Assembly (NCBI GenBank): GCA_003482905.1
Contig: DMXM01000028.1
Span: 49,703-113,702 of the forward strand
Direction: 5' to 3'
Origin: Elusimicrobiota bacterium
GTDB taxonomy: Bacteria > Elusimicrobiota > Elusimicrobia > Elusimicrobiales > UBA9959
DNA length: 64,000 nucleotides
Of this stretch, positions 18,281-27,811 are shown piece by piece (position 1 is the stretch's first letter; each line of letters begins with the position of its first letter). Below the pieces are notes generated by a model. It was not told where the DNA came from. It saw only the letters and a list, made by a program, of their open reading frames with translations, and made no database searches. A program made the translations under genes and the position numbers.

Positions 18281-19807
18281 ATGAAGCATATCTTCGCCAA
18301 AAAATCCCTTAAAAGACTTCTTGAAGAAATGAAGGACGACAACCGCCTGCGCAGGGTGCTCGGCCCGGTCACGCTGACCTCGCTCGGAGTAGGCGCCATC
18401 ATCGGCGCCGGCATTTTTGTGGCCACCGGAGCGGCGGCCAAAGGCGTCGCCGGTCCCGCGCTGATGGTCTCCTACGCGCTGGCCGGCGTCACCTGCATAT
18501 TCGCGGCCCTGTGCTACGCCGAATTCGCCTCGATGGCCCCGGTGGCCGGCTCCGCCTATACCTACGCCTATACCACCATGGGCGAACTCTTCGCCTGGAT
18601 CATAGGCTGGGACCTCGTTCTTGAATACGCGGTGGGCTCGGCCACGGTGGCCAACGGCTGGTCCGGCTATTTCCAGAGCGTGCTGGGTAAACTGGGGCTG
18701 GCCCTGCCGGAATATCTCCAGAAAGCGCATTACACTTACGAGAACGGCCATTTCCTGGCCACCAATTCCTGGGTCAACCTGCCGGCCATCTGCATAGTGC
18801 TGGTGGTCACGCTTATCCTGATAAAAGGCATACGCGAAAGCGCCAGGTTCAACGCCGCCATGGTCTTCCTGAAAGTGGCGGCGGTGCTCTTTGTTATATT
18901 CGTCGGGGTTTTCTTTATCAACCCCTCCAACTATATCCCGTTCGCGCCTTTCGGCTGGACCGGGCTGAGCTTTTTCGGGATACCGATGTTCGGGGGAACC
19001 AATGCCGGCGGCGATCCGGTGGGGATGATAGCCGGTTCGGCCATAATCTTCTTCGCTTATATCGGCTTCGACTCGGTCTCCACCCACGCCGAAGAGGCCA
19101 TCAACCCCAAGCGGGACATCCCCATAGGGATAATCGCTTCGCTCCTTATCTGCACGGTGCTTTATATCGCCGTGGTCGCCGTGCTGACCGGCATGGTCCC
19201 GTACGCCCAGCTAAGCCGGGACGCGGCCGTGGCGGACGCGTTCAGGCAGGCCGGCCTGCCCTGGGCCGAGTTCATCATAGCGGCGGCCGGCGTGGCAGGC
19301 ATCACCTCCGTGCTACTGGTGATGATGCTCAGCGGCCCCCGCGTCTTCCTGGCGATGGCGCGCGACGGGCTTATCCCGGCTAAATTCTTCGCCGACGTTC
19401 ACCCGAAATACCGCACGCCCTGGAAAAGCACCATGGCCATAGGCGTATTCGTCTCCGTCCTGGCCGGCCTGCTGCCCATAGACGCCCTGCTGCACCTGAC
19501 GAATATCGGCACCTTGTTCGCCTTCGTGATGGTTTGCGGCGCGGTGCTTATAATGAGGAAAATTGACCCGCATATAGAACGCCCCTTCCGCTGCCCATGG
19601 GTGCCGGTAGTCCCCCTGCTCGGCATCGGCAGCTGCATCCTGCTCATGACCTCGCTGCCGGCGGCCAACTGGTGGCGGCTCTTCGCCTGGCTGGCGCTCG
19701 GCCTGGTGATCTACTTTACCTACAGCCGCCGGCACAGTTTCCTGGGCAAGGAACTCCGCGGCGAGCCGATCACAGACAAACCGATCATCCACGTAGAGGG
19801 TCATTAA
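18281..19807 (+). CDS. APC-family amino acid permease (cationic amino acid transporter-like)
   Basis: 508 aa, about 12-14 TMs. N-terminal LKRVLGPVTLTSLGVGAIIGAGIFV signature typical of the APC/CAT family. Confidence 0.85.
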   Translation: MKHIFAKKSLKRLLEEMKDDNRLRRVLGPVTLTSLGVGAIIGAGIFVATGAAAKGVAGPALMVSYALAGVTCIFAALCYAEFASMAPVAGSAYTYAYTTMGELFAWIIGWDLVLEYAVGSATVANGWSGYFQSVLGKLGLALPEYLQKAHYTYENGHFLATNSWVNLPAICIVLVVTLILIKGIRESARFNAAMVFLKVAAVLFVIFVGVFFINPSNYIPFAPFGWTGLSFFGIPMFGGTNAGGDPVGMIAGSAIIFFAYIGFDSVSTHAEEAINPKRDIPIGIIASLLICTVLYIAVVAVLTGMVPYAQLSRDAAVADAFRQAGLPWAEFIIAAAGVAGITSVLLVMMLSGPRVFLAMARDGLIPAKFFADVHPKYRTPWKSTMAIGVFVSVLAGLLPIDALLHLTNIGTLFAFVMVCGAVLIMRKIDPHIERPFRCPWVPVVPLLGIGSCILLMTSLPAANWWRLFAWLALGLVIYFTYSRRHSFLGKELRGEPITDKPIIHVEGH

Positions 19808-19900
19808 ACCCCGGAAATAATTCAGTCTGGGCCGAAAGGGCAGGGTGGATAGGTCTTTTAGTTCTTGCGCGCGGAGTTCCCGCGCGCCATAATATGAGCT

Positions 19901-20683
19901 ATGAGATCAACCGCCTGCGCTTTTCTTCTTTTGTCCGTAGCGGCCGGAGCCCGGGTCCTTTCCGCTGCGCCGGCCGAAACATCAGCCCTTTCCCAATTGG
20001 CCTCTATGGATGGCGCGGGCGATGGGAATGCGTCTTATCTCCCTGTGCCGCCGCCGGCAGCGGAAGACATCGAAGCCGATGAGCCCCTCTCCATATCCTT
20101 AGACACATTGCCCGATGAGCTGGCTTTCATGGTGAGGGAACCCGCCGAAGCGGACCCGGCCGCGCAGTATTTCGACCTGTCCCGGCTGGACGACAAGGAT
20201 CTCCGCGCCGCGGCGTCGGCTATCCCTTATTTAAATTTAGTGCTGAAGACCTCTAAAGCCAAAGGCGTGGACCCCGCCCTGGTCCTGGCCGTCATCCAGC
20301 AGGAATCCCGCTTTAACCCCAAGGCGCGCAGCGGCGCCGGGGCTCTGGGCCTGATGCAGATGATGCCGGCCACCGCCAGGATCATGGGGCTGAAAGACCC
20401 GCAGAAACTCTTTATCCCGAAGGTCAGCGTAAAATACGGCACCCAGTTCATAAAAGACCTGTGGGCCGAATTCGGCCGCAAGAAAGATCTAGCGAACCTC
20501 TCCGCCGAAGACATAAACAGCGCCGAAGTGATAAACACCATCGCCGCCTATAACGCGGGGCCGGGCAACGTAAAAAAATACCACGGCGTGCCCCCGTTCA
20601 AAGAAACCCAGGAGTACGTGGTCAGGGTCCGCGCGAATTTCAAAAAATACAAAAAACTGCTATCCGCCGCGCCAGCGCACTAG
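19901..20683 (+). CDS. lytic transglycosylase (SLT domain), secreted
   Basis: Signal peptide, then AVIQQESRFNPKARSGAGALGLMQMMPATA and AAYNAGPGNV motifs. Confidence 0.85.
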   Translation: MRSTACAFLLLSVAAGARVLSAAPAETSALSQLASMDGAGDGNASYLPVPPPAAEDIEADEPLSISLDTLPDELAFMVREPAEADPAAQYFDLSRLDDKDLRAAASAIPYLNLVLKTSKAKGVDPALVLAVIQQESRFNPKARSGAGALGLMQMMPATARIMGLKDPQKLFIPKVSVKYGTQFIKDLWAEFGRKKDLANLSAEDINSAEVINTIAAYNAGPGNVKKYHGVPPFKETQEYVVRVRANFKKYKKLLSAAPAH

Positions 20684-22014
20684 CTTGTAAAAGAAGACAG
20701 GCGGTTAGCGGAACCCGGCGCCTGGCCTCCGTCGCCCGCCTCGACCGGCAGGGAGAAACTGAAACAGGCGTTCTTGCCTAACTCGCTTTTAACTTCGAGC
20801 GAACTGCCGTGCAGCAGCAGCATGTCGTTGCAGATCTTAAGCCCCAGCCCGAACCCCTCGGAAGCGGCCTGGCCTTCCCCGGTCCTGAAAAATCCGGTCT
20901 TTATCTTCTCTATGTCGGCGGCCGCGATACCCCGGCCGGTATTCTCTATATTAAAAGTTATGCTGCCGGCTTTTTCAGCCGCCAGCCTGACCGTTATCCG
21001 TCCGTTTTCCGGAGTGTATTTTACCGCGTTGCCCACCAGGTTGGAGAGCACCAGCGCCATGGCCACCCGGTCGGCGCTGACAACGAAAGGCTCCTTGGTC
21101 ATATCCAGCGTAAAGGAGACTTTTTTCCTGCGCATCAGCTCTTCCATGACCGACACGGCTGACGCCACAAGGTCGCACAGCGCCAGCGGCCGCATATCGA
21201 TCTTAAACTTTCCGGCCTCCATCCTGGCTTCGTTCAATATGTTTTTCACGAAGCTCTTCAGAGATTTGCGCTCGTAGTCGAGCGTCCGGTACAGGGCTTC
21301 GCGCGAAGCGTCGCTGTTCGCGGGTTCCGATTCCTCCAGCATGAAGATGGCGGCGTCTATGACCGTAAGCGCGTTATTGAATTCATGGCTTACGGTGTGA
21401 ACCATGGCCGATCTTAGCGCCGAGAATTCCTGTTCCCTGCGGAACAGCGCCCGCAGCGCCAGCAGCAGGCCAAGGGCCCCAAGCGCCGCCACGAAGATAA
21501 ACAACAGTTTATACGTGGTGTCCGCCAGGCGGTACTTAAGCGTATCGCTGTTAACCGCCACGGCTACGGTGCCGAGCCGCCTGGCCCCCACGATCACAGG
21601 CTCGGAAAAATAGAAATACTTCAGACCGTCGGCGCCCTTAAAGACCTGCGTCAGCGGAAGCTTTGAGTTCCTCGCGGCGCTTCCCTCGCGGCTTGAATCG
21701 ATCCCGCCTATCTTGTCGGCGTCGGAGTGGGAGCGTATCCTGCCCGCGTTATCAGCCACCATGCCGTATTTAATGACCTTATCAAGCCCCATGGTGTTTA
21801 CGAGGAAATGGAGAGAGAACAGGTCCTCTTTAGGGAACATGGCCGTACCGGCCCTGCGCGAGAATATTTCCGTGCGGAGCCGCATATCGTCGAAGACCGA
21901 ATTCCTGGCATCCTCGTAGATCAGGCCGGCCGCCCCCAATATAAGCAGGAATGCCAGCGCGGAAATGACGAGGGAAACATTTATGGCTATTTCCCTGAGC
22001 CTGTTGACCTTCAT
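20680..22014 (-). CDS. membrane sensor histidine kinase
   Basis: Two TMs flank a periplasmic region. H-box VSHEFNNALTVI. HATPase N/G boxes: LSNLVGNAVKYT, NTGRGI, GFGLGL. Confidence 0.85.
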   Translation of the reverse strand: MKVNRLREIAINVSLVISALAFLLILGAAGLIYEDARNSVFDDMRLRTEIFSRRAGTAMFPKEDLFSLHFLVNTMGLDKVIKYGMVADNAGRIRSHSDADKIGGIDSSREGSAARNSKLPLTQVFKGADGLKYFYFSEPVIVGARRLGTVAVAVNSDTLKYRLADTTYKLLFIFVAALGALGLLLALRALFRREQEFSALRSAMVHTVSHEFNNALTVIDAAIFMLEESEPANSDASREALYRTLDYERKSLKSFVKNILNEARMEAGKFKIDMRPLALCDLVASAVSVMEELMRRKKVSFTLDMTKEPFVVSADRVAMALVLSNLVGNAVKYTPENGRITVRLAAEKAGSITFNIENTGRGIAAADIEKIKTGFFRTGEGQAASEGFGLGLKICNDMLLLHGSSLEVKSELGKNACFSFSLPVEAGDGGQAPGSANRLSSFTS

Positions 22015-22019
22015 TGGTT

Positions 22020-22331
22020 TTACCGCCCGGGTGCGGGCCCGTCCCCGTAGACACGCCTGATCTTTTCCCTCAGCTCCTCGGCCGGACGATAAAATACGGA
22101 TATGGCGGAGATCTCGTTTAAATATTCCAGGGCCGCGGACAGGTCGTTGTTGCTGTAGGCGCCCACCGCCTTGTAATAGATCCCCTCGATTTTTTGCGCG
22201 TCAGCAGGGGAAAGCATTGCGGCCTCCTCTTTTACGGCCGGGGCCGGGCGCGTCTGCACCTTGCGGCCCGGCAGCACACAGGCGCAGAACAAGGACGCTG
22301 CCATGGCTGGGAACAGATATTTATGATTCAT
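22020..22331 (-). CDS. small secreted/lipoprotein-like hypothetical protein
   Basis: Start trimmed to MNHKYLFPAMAASLFCACVLPG. Helical TPR-like C-terminus (IEGIYYKAVGAYSNNDLSAALEYLNE). Lies 5 nt upstream of the kinase gene. Confidence 0.5.
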   Translation of the reverse strand: MNHKYLFPAMAASLFCACVLPGRKVQTRPAPAVKEEAAMLSPADAQKIEGIYYKAVGAYSNNDLSAALEYLNEISAISVFYRPAEELREKIRRVYGDGPAPGR

Positions 22332-22443
22332 AACCCTTTTTACCCGTGGCCCTCCCGGCACAACTGATAAATACTTTACATTATTCCAGGCCCGCCCGGA
22401 GATGCCGCGCCCCGCGGGCGCCCTGCTACCAGAAGCAATAATT

Positions 22444-22466
22444 AGGAAGTTAGGAAGCAGCGTCCC
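22444..22466 (+). repeat. intergenic repeat family B, copy 1 (AGGAAGTTAGGAAGCAGCGTCCC)
   Basis: Exact 23-mer is also present at 54900-54922, and as an inverted variant at 49763-49793. Abuts the stop codon of the PLD gene. Confidence 0.8.
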
Positions 22467-22478
22467 GTCCCCCTTCCC

Positions 22479-23633
22479 CTATTCGGCCGGGACGGAGCGG
22501 GCGGCTTGGGCCATTTCCTGCGGGGACGGGGCGTAGGCTTTTGAGAATATATCCTCGAACTGGGCGGCGAAGGGCGCCGTGTAGGCCGGGCTGTCCGTAT
22601 AGAACATGTTCTCGAAATTATTGTCCCGGGCGTTGGCGGACCAGTTGAAGGAACCGGTCATCAGCAGTTTGCCGTCCAGCACAGCGAACTTGTTGTGCAT
22701 AACGCCCTTGCCGGAGAAGCCCTGGCTCCAGCGGAAAGGGACGCCGTTGTCGTAGAGCAGCCTGCCCACCTCGGACTGGCTCGCCTGCACCCTGTCCACC
22801 ACCACGCGCACCTTTACCCCGCGCTTCTGCGCGTCGATCACGGCGGCGGCTATATCCAGGGAATAAAAACTGAATACCGCGATGTCGGCGCTCTCGCGGG
22901 CGGCGTTCACCGCGTCTACTATATCGGCCTCCGTGCGGCCGCCGGGAGAAAAAGAATAACCGGGCAGCGCCAGGCCGTTGAAGACTACGGGGCGCAAAGG
23001 GTCTTCGGGCGGCGGGCCGTAGTTTTCCACCGGCGCGCCGGGGCCGTCCGCGACGCTCCTTGAAAAGCCCCACATCCAGTCGAAATATCTGCGGTAACCC
23101 GCCACCATGGCCGCGTCGCGGCTGAAGACCGCGTTCTCGCTGTTGGCCGTATTAGCGGTGACCGCCCAGTTGAAAGAGCCGGCCATAACGAGTTTCCCGT
23201 CGAATATGCCTATCTTGTTGTGCATTATGCCGTAGCGGCCCGCTCCGCGCAGCGCGCGCAGGTTCACGCCGCCGTCCATGATCTGCAGTATCTGGTCGCT
23301 GACCCGCGGCGTAAGAACATGGGACTCGTTCATAATGACGCGCACCGCCACCCCGCGCTTCCTGGCGTCCACCAGCGCGTCCGCCACCCGCGGCAGCGTA
23401 AATCCGTAAACCGCCACGTCCACCGAGGATACGGACGCCCTCACCGCGCCCTCGATCAAAGCCTCTATATCCGTAGTCCCTGAAAAAGCGCAATCCGGGA
23501 TAACGAGCGCGGGCTGCGGCGCCGGGACCTCTACTACCCCGTAGGCGGAGATAGAAGGCGGCGCCCACTCGCCCGCCCGAACCACAGGCGCGGCCAGCAG
23601 CAGGAAGAATGCACGTATGACGTGTTTATACAT
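22479..23633 (-). CDS. secreted phospholipase D-family protein (two HKD motifs)
   Basis: Signal peptide MYKHVIRAFFLLLAAPVVRAGEW. HKD motifs HNKIGIFDGKLVMAGSFNW and HNKFAVLDGKLLMTGSFNWS. Confidence 0.85.
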   Translation of the reverse strand: MYKHVIRAFFLLLAAPVVRAGEWAPPSISAYGVVEVPAPQPALVIPDCAFSGTTDIEALIEGAVRASVSSVDVAVYGFTLPRVADALVDARKRGVAVRVIMNESHVLTPRVSDQILQIMDGGVNLRALRGAGRYGIMHNKIGIFDGKLVMAGSFNWAVTANTANSENAVFSRDAAMVAGYRRYFDWMWGFSRSVADGPGAPVENYGPPPEDPLRPVVFNGLALPGYSFSPGGRTEADIVDAVNAARESADIAVFSFYSLDIAAAVIDAQKRGVKVRVVVDRVQASQSEVGRLLYDNGVPFRWSQGFSGKGVMHNKFAVLDGKLLMTGSFNWSANARDNNFENMFYTDSPAYTAPFAAQFEDIFSKAYAPSPQEMAQAARSVPAE

Positions 23634-23660
23634 TGAGATAGCGCTGCCCGGCCAGGCCGG

Positions 23661-25118
23661 CTACAGCTGGCGGCGCTGAGCGGCGATATTGAAGAGTTTA
23701 ATATAGGCCTCTGCCGACTTGCCCCATGAGTAGTCGCCGCGCATGGCGTTCTTCACCATCAGGTTCCAGTTCTCGCGCCAGCCGTAGAGCGATACGATAT
23801 GCCCCAGCACGGACCTGAGCTGCCCCTCGTCCGCGTTGTCCATGGCGAAACCGTTGGAATCCTTGGGCTCGCCGTTGTAGAAGACGGTGTCCTTCAGCCC
23901 GCCCGTGCGCGTCACCACCGGCAGCGCCCCGTAGCGCATGGCTATCATCTGGGAGAGCCCGCAGGGCTCGAACCGCGACGGCATAACGAAAATATCGGAA
24001 GCCCCGTAGATCCTGTGCGCCAGCGCCTCGTCGAAGCCGGTCCGGAAAGCCACCCGTTTGGGATCGGCCGCCGCCAGCGCGCCGAAGGCGTCCGCCAGCC
24101 CCGGGTCGCCGGCGCCCAGCACCACGAACTGCATTTTATCCAGAAAATCGGGCGCCGCCTTTAACAGCACGTCCAAACCCTTCTGGCGGTCCAGACGGCT
24201 CACCACCCCGGCCAGGATAATGTCCTTGTTCTCCTCCAGTCCCAGGTCCTTCTGCAGCCCCTTCTTTGCCGCCGCCTTGCCGCGCTGGAAGCTCTTCAGC
24301 TCGTAGCCGCGTTCCAGGAAAGTATCCGTGGACGGGTCCCAGATCTCCTCGTCTATCCCGTTCAGGATGCCGAAGAGGTCCGAGGTGCGGTGCTTCATCA
24401 CGCCCTCCAGCCCGTGTCCGAACTCGGGCCGGTACTGGATCTCACTGGCGTAGGTGGGGCTGACCGTGGTGACCAGGTCGGCGAAGATCAGGGCCGACTT
24501 CATGAAATTTATCCCGCCGTAGAACTCCAGGCGCTCCGGCGTGAAATCCAGCCAGGAGAAGCCGGCCTTCAGCAGCGCCTCCTTGGGAAACATCCCCTGG
24601 TAGGCGATATTATGGATGGTGAAGACCGAGGCCGTCTTGGCGAAGAAGGAATCGATACGGTAAAGCGTGCGCAGGTAGGCCGGCACCAGGCCGGTCTGCC
24701 AGTCGTGGCAGTGGATCACGTCGGGTTTGAAGCCGATGAACTTGGCGCCCTCCAGCACCGCGCGCGAAAAGAATATAAAGCGCTCGTCGTTGTCCTCATA
24801 GTCCCCCGCCGCCGTGCGGTACATGCCGGGCCGGTCAAAGAACTTGGGGTTCTCTATGAAATAAACGGCCACCTTGCCCCATTGCACGCGGCTCATGGTG
24901 GCGGTTTCAACCCGGTTGCCCACCGGTATAAGGAAGCTGCCGCCGGCCGCCTTCGGGGAAAAAGCCCCCCCGCCCACGTTGCGGTAGCGCGGCAGAAAAA
25001 GCACCACCTCGGCATCGTCCGTCCTGGAGAACACCTGCGCCAGCGCGCCGGTGACGTCCGCCAGGCCGCCCGTCTTGCAGAAAGGGAACGCCTCGCTTGC
25101 GGCAATAAGGATCTTCAT
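23661..25118 (-). CDS. glgA: glycogen synthase
   Basis: MKILIAASEAFPFCKTGGLADV N-terminus. GT5 architecture, 485 aa. Confidence 0.9.
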   Translation of the reverse strand: MKILIAASEAFPFCKTGGLADVTGALAQVFSRTDDAEVVLFLPRYRNVGGGAFSPKAAGGSFLIPVGNRVETATMSRVQWGKVAVYFIENPKFFDRPGMYRTAAGDYEDNDERFIFFSRAVLEGAKFIGFKPDVIHCHDWQTGLVPAYLRTLYRIDSFFAKTASVFTIHNIAYQGMFPKEALLKAGFSWLDFTPERLEFYGGINFMKSALIFADLVTTVSPTYASEIQYRPEFGHGLEGVMKHRTSDLFGILNGIDEEIWDPSTDTFLERGYELKSFQRGKAAAKKGLQKDLGLEENKDIILAGVVSRLDRQKGLDVLLKAAPDFLDKMQFVVLGAGDPGLADAFGALAAADPKRVAFRTGFDEALAHRIYGASDIFVMPSRFEPCGLSQMIAMRYGALPVVTRTGGLKDTVFYNGEPKDSNGFAMDNADEGQLRSVLGHIVSLYGWRENWNLMVKNAMRGDYSWGKSAEAYIKLFNIAAQRRQL

Positions 25119-25128
25119 AAATTCTCCT

Positions 25129-26124
25129 CTAGATCTTGAACTTCACTCCGGCGTTCAGCATATCGGCCGCGTCCTCGGGGGAAACGGTGTTTATATAGAA
25201 GCCGGTGCCCCATTCGAACCCGGCCACGTGACTGAGCTTGGGCATGATCTCTATATGCCAGTGATAATGTCCCGCCGACGGTTCCTGCACCGGCATGGTG
25301 TGCACTATCAGGTTATAGGAAAGGTCCGGCAGCGACGCCGAAAGCTTGTTCAGCGCGGTCTTGATCACCCCGGCGAGCGTTCCGGCCAGCTCTCCCGGCA
25401 TTTCCTCAAAGTGGCTGGCATGTTTTTTGGGAAGGATCCAGGTCTCGAAGGAGAACCGGCTGGCGTAGGGCGTTACGGCGAGGAAGTCGGCGTTCTCGGC
25501 CACCACGCGCCGCTTAAAATCCGTTTCTTCCTTTACTATATCGCAGAACACGCAGGTACCGCGCTCGCGGTGGTAATCGGCGGCCCCGTCTATCTCCTGC
25601 ATAACGCGCAGCGGAGCCATAGGCATGGCTATGATCTGGGAATGCGGGTGCAGCAGGCTCGCCCCGGCGTTGCGGCCGTGGTTCTTGAAGATCATCACGT
25701 ATTTTATGCGCGGGTCTTTCTTTATTTCGCCGACGCGCAGCACGAAGGTGCGGATCACGTCGGCCACGGCCTCCGGCGGCATGGCCTCCAGCAGATCGCC
25801 GTGCCCGGGGGCCTCTATGACCACCTCGTGGAAGCCCATGCCGTCCATACTGTCGTAGATGCCGGAACGGCGGTTCTCTGCCGAACCGCTGTCTTCCAGG
25901 GCCGGGTATTTATTGCGCACCACGCGCAGGCGCCAGCCGCCTTTTTCACCGGGCAGGGAATAGATCTCCGGCGGGGTAAGCCGCTCGTTGCCGGCGCAGA
26001 AAGGGCAGGCATAGCCGCCGGCCTCCGGGCCGGAGCCGAGGCGGAACTCGTTGGGGCGCAGGCCGCGCTCCGATGCGATTATAACCCAGCGGCCAAAAAC
26101 TGGGTCTTTGCGGATTTCAGGCAT
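25129..26124 (-). CDS. galT: galactose-1-phosphate uridylyltransferase family (HIT superfamily)
   Basis: CPFCAGNE zinc motif. HPHSQIIA active-site motif. Second half-domain HYHWHIEI. Confidence 0.8.
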   Translation of the reverse strand: MPEIRKDPVFGRWVIIASERGLRPNEFRLGSGPEAGGYACPFCAGNERLTPPEIYSLPGEKGGWRLRVVRNKYPALEDSGSAENRRSGIYDSMDGMGFHEVVIEAPGHGDLLEAMPPEAVADVIRTFVLRVGEIKKDPRIKYVMIFKNHGRNAGASLLHPHSQIIAMPMAPLRVMQEIDGAADYHRERGTCVFCDIVKEETDFKRRVVAENADFLAVTPYASRFSFETWILPKKHASHFEEMPGELAGTLAGVIKTALNKLSASLPDLSYNLIVHTMPVQEPSAGHYHWHIEIMPKLSHVAGFEWGTGFYINTVSPEDAADMLNAGVKFKI

Positions 26125-26156
26125 TTAATTAATGACGGTTGCGGAAAAACCGCCGG

Positions 26157-26999
26157 TCAGACGGGCTTCTCTTCCGACTCGCCGCCGGACTGCTCGGAGA
26201 TCACCGCCTCCGCTGCCGGTTCGTCCGCCGGAACTTCCGTGGATTGCGCGGTCTCCATCAATTCCACCGCCTCCGCGGCTTCGGGGGCCGGTTGCTCCTC
26301 AGCCGGAAAATCTTCGGCCGTGGCCTCCGGGCTTAATTCCTGGCGCTCCCCGTCCGGGAGCTGTTCATCAACGGCCTGGGCGGGGTCGGCCGGCGGCATG
26401 CCTTCGGCCACGGGCTCGGGAATGGAATCCTGCTCTATGATCTCCACCGCCGTGGACTGGGCGCCGGCGGCCGCGTTCTCTATGCTGAAGCTGTCGAGTT
26501 TCGGCAGGTCGTCCAGCGAGTTAAGCCCGAACTGGCGCAGGAATTCGCTGGTGGTGCCGTAAAGTATGGGGCGGCCTATGCTCTCCCTGCGGCCCACCAC
26601 GGTGATCAGTTTGCGCTGCGTGAGGGTTTCCAGCGGGCCTATCACTTCCACGCCGCGTATGGCCTCTATCTCGGCGCGGGTCAGCGGCTGTTTGTAGGAG
26701 ATTATGCAGAGCGTCTCCAGAGCCGCCTGCGTCAGGCGCACGGTCATTTTATTCTGGTAAAGCTTGCGCACCCACAGGCCGTACTCGGGCCTGGTGGCCA
26801 GCTGCCAGCCGCCCGCCACCTGCATCACCTGCAGGGTGCGGCCTTCCTCGTCGTAGTTCTTGCGCAGCTCTGCAAGAACGCCTTCCAGGCGCTCCTTGTT
26901 CTTTATTTCGCACAGCTGGCTTATACGGCTTACCGGCAACGGGGCATCCGTTATAAAAAGCAGGGTTTCTATTACTTTTTTAAGTTCCGCGTCTTCCAT
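26157..26999 (-). CDS. scpB: segregation and condensation protein B with long acidic C-terminal tail
   Basis: IETLLFITDAPLPVSRISQL, then winged-helix repeats. Adjacent to scpA. The last ~100 aa are low-complexity E/A/P-rich. Confidence 0.85.
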   Translation of the reverse strand: MEDAELKKVIETLLFITDAPLPVSRISQLCEIKNKERLEGVLAELRKNYDEEGRTLQVMQVAGGWQLATRPEYGLWVRKLYQNKMTVRLTQAALETLCIISYKQPLTRAEIEAIRGVEVIGPLETLTQRKLITVVGRRESIGRPILYGTTSEFLRQFGLNSLDDLPKLDSFSIENAAAGAQSTAVEIIEQDSIPEPVAEGMPPADPAQAVDEQLPDGERQELSPEATAEDFPAEEQPAPEAAEAVELMETAQSTEVPADEPAAEAVISEQSGGESEEKPV

Positions 27000-27043
27000 A
27001 GTACCTCTTGTAGGCGAAGGATGATAAAATCGTAAAACTGCGG

Positions 27044-27811
27044 TCAGCTGCCGGGCTGCGGGACCGGCCCGCTTTCGGCGGCCGGGGTTTCGGGGGCGGC
27101 GGGCTCCGCCGCGGCGACGGGCGCGGGATAAATGCGCACCTCGGAGTAGGCGTCGTCCTGGGAAACCATGATCTTGCGCTGCTTGACCAGCTCCAGCAAG
27201 GCCATAAAACAGGTGATAACGCCCAGGCGCTTGGTCTCGGAGGCGAACACGTCGTCGAGCAGCAGCCAGTCGCGCCCCTCCAGCATCTTCTGTATCTTGG
27301 CCACGCGCGAATCTATGGGGAACTGGTCGGCCTCCACCTCGCCCGAGGGCTCGGCGCGCTCAAAAGCGCGTTTGACCGCGTCCATCAGGGCGTGGAAATC
27401 CAGGTCCAGGTATTTATCCTCGCTGGTGAACACCGGCGAGCCGCGGTAGAACGCGTCCTTGAATTTGGAGAAGCGCGTATTCATATCCTTGGACGCTTCT
27501 TTATAGCGCTGGTATTCCTCCAGCATGCTCACCAGGGCGCCCCTGGGGTCGGGGCCGTTCTCGCCCTCGGGCTGCTCTGGCGCGGGCAGCAGCATCTTGG
27601 CCTTCACCTGCATCAGGGTGGCGGCCATCACCAGAAATTCGCCGGCCACCTCCAGGTTAAGGCTCTTCATGACCTCCAGGTACTGCAGGTACTCGGAGGT
27701 TATCTGCGATATGGGGATGTCATAGATATCAAGATTATTCTTCTTGATCAAATGCATCAGCAGGTCCAGGGGACCCTCGAAATTTTCCAGATGTATGTCT
27801 ATAGCGCTCAT
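27044..27811 (-). CDS. scpA: segregation and condensation protein A
   Basis: LENFEGPLDLLMHLIKKNNLDIYDIPISQITSEYLQYL signature. Confidence 0.9.
   Translation of the reverse strand: MSAIDIHLENFEGPLDLLMHLIKKNNLDIYDIPISQITSEYLQYLEVMKSLNLEVAGEFLVMAATLMQVKAKMLLPAPEQPEGENGPDPRGALVSMLEEYQRYKEASKDMNTRFSKFKDAFYRGSPVFTSEDKYLDLDFHALMDAVKRAFERAEPSGEVEADQFPIDSRVAKIQKMLEGRDWLLLDDVFASETKRLGVITCFMALLELVKQRKIMVSQDDAYSEVRIYPAPVAAAEPAAPETPAAESGPVPQPGS

Noticed and set aside
22444-22466. Resemblance of GGAAGCAGC in repeat family B to the conserved SRP (4.5S) RNA domain IV motif GGAAGGAAGCAGCC
   Set aside because: The unit is multi-copy and occurs in both orientations. It lacks the surrounding long helix and GNRA tetraloop context required for SRP RNA.
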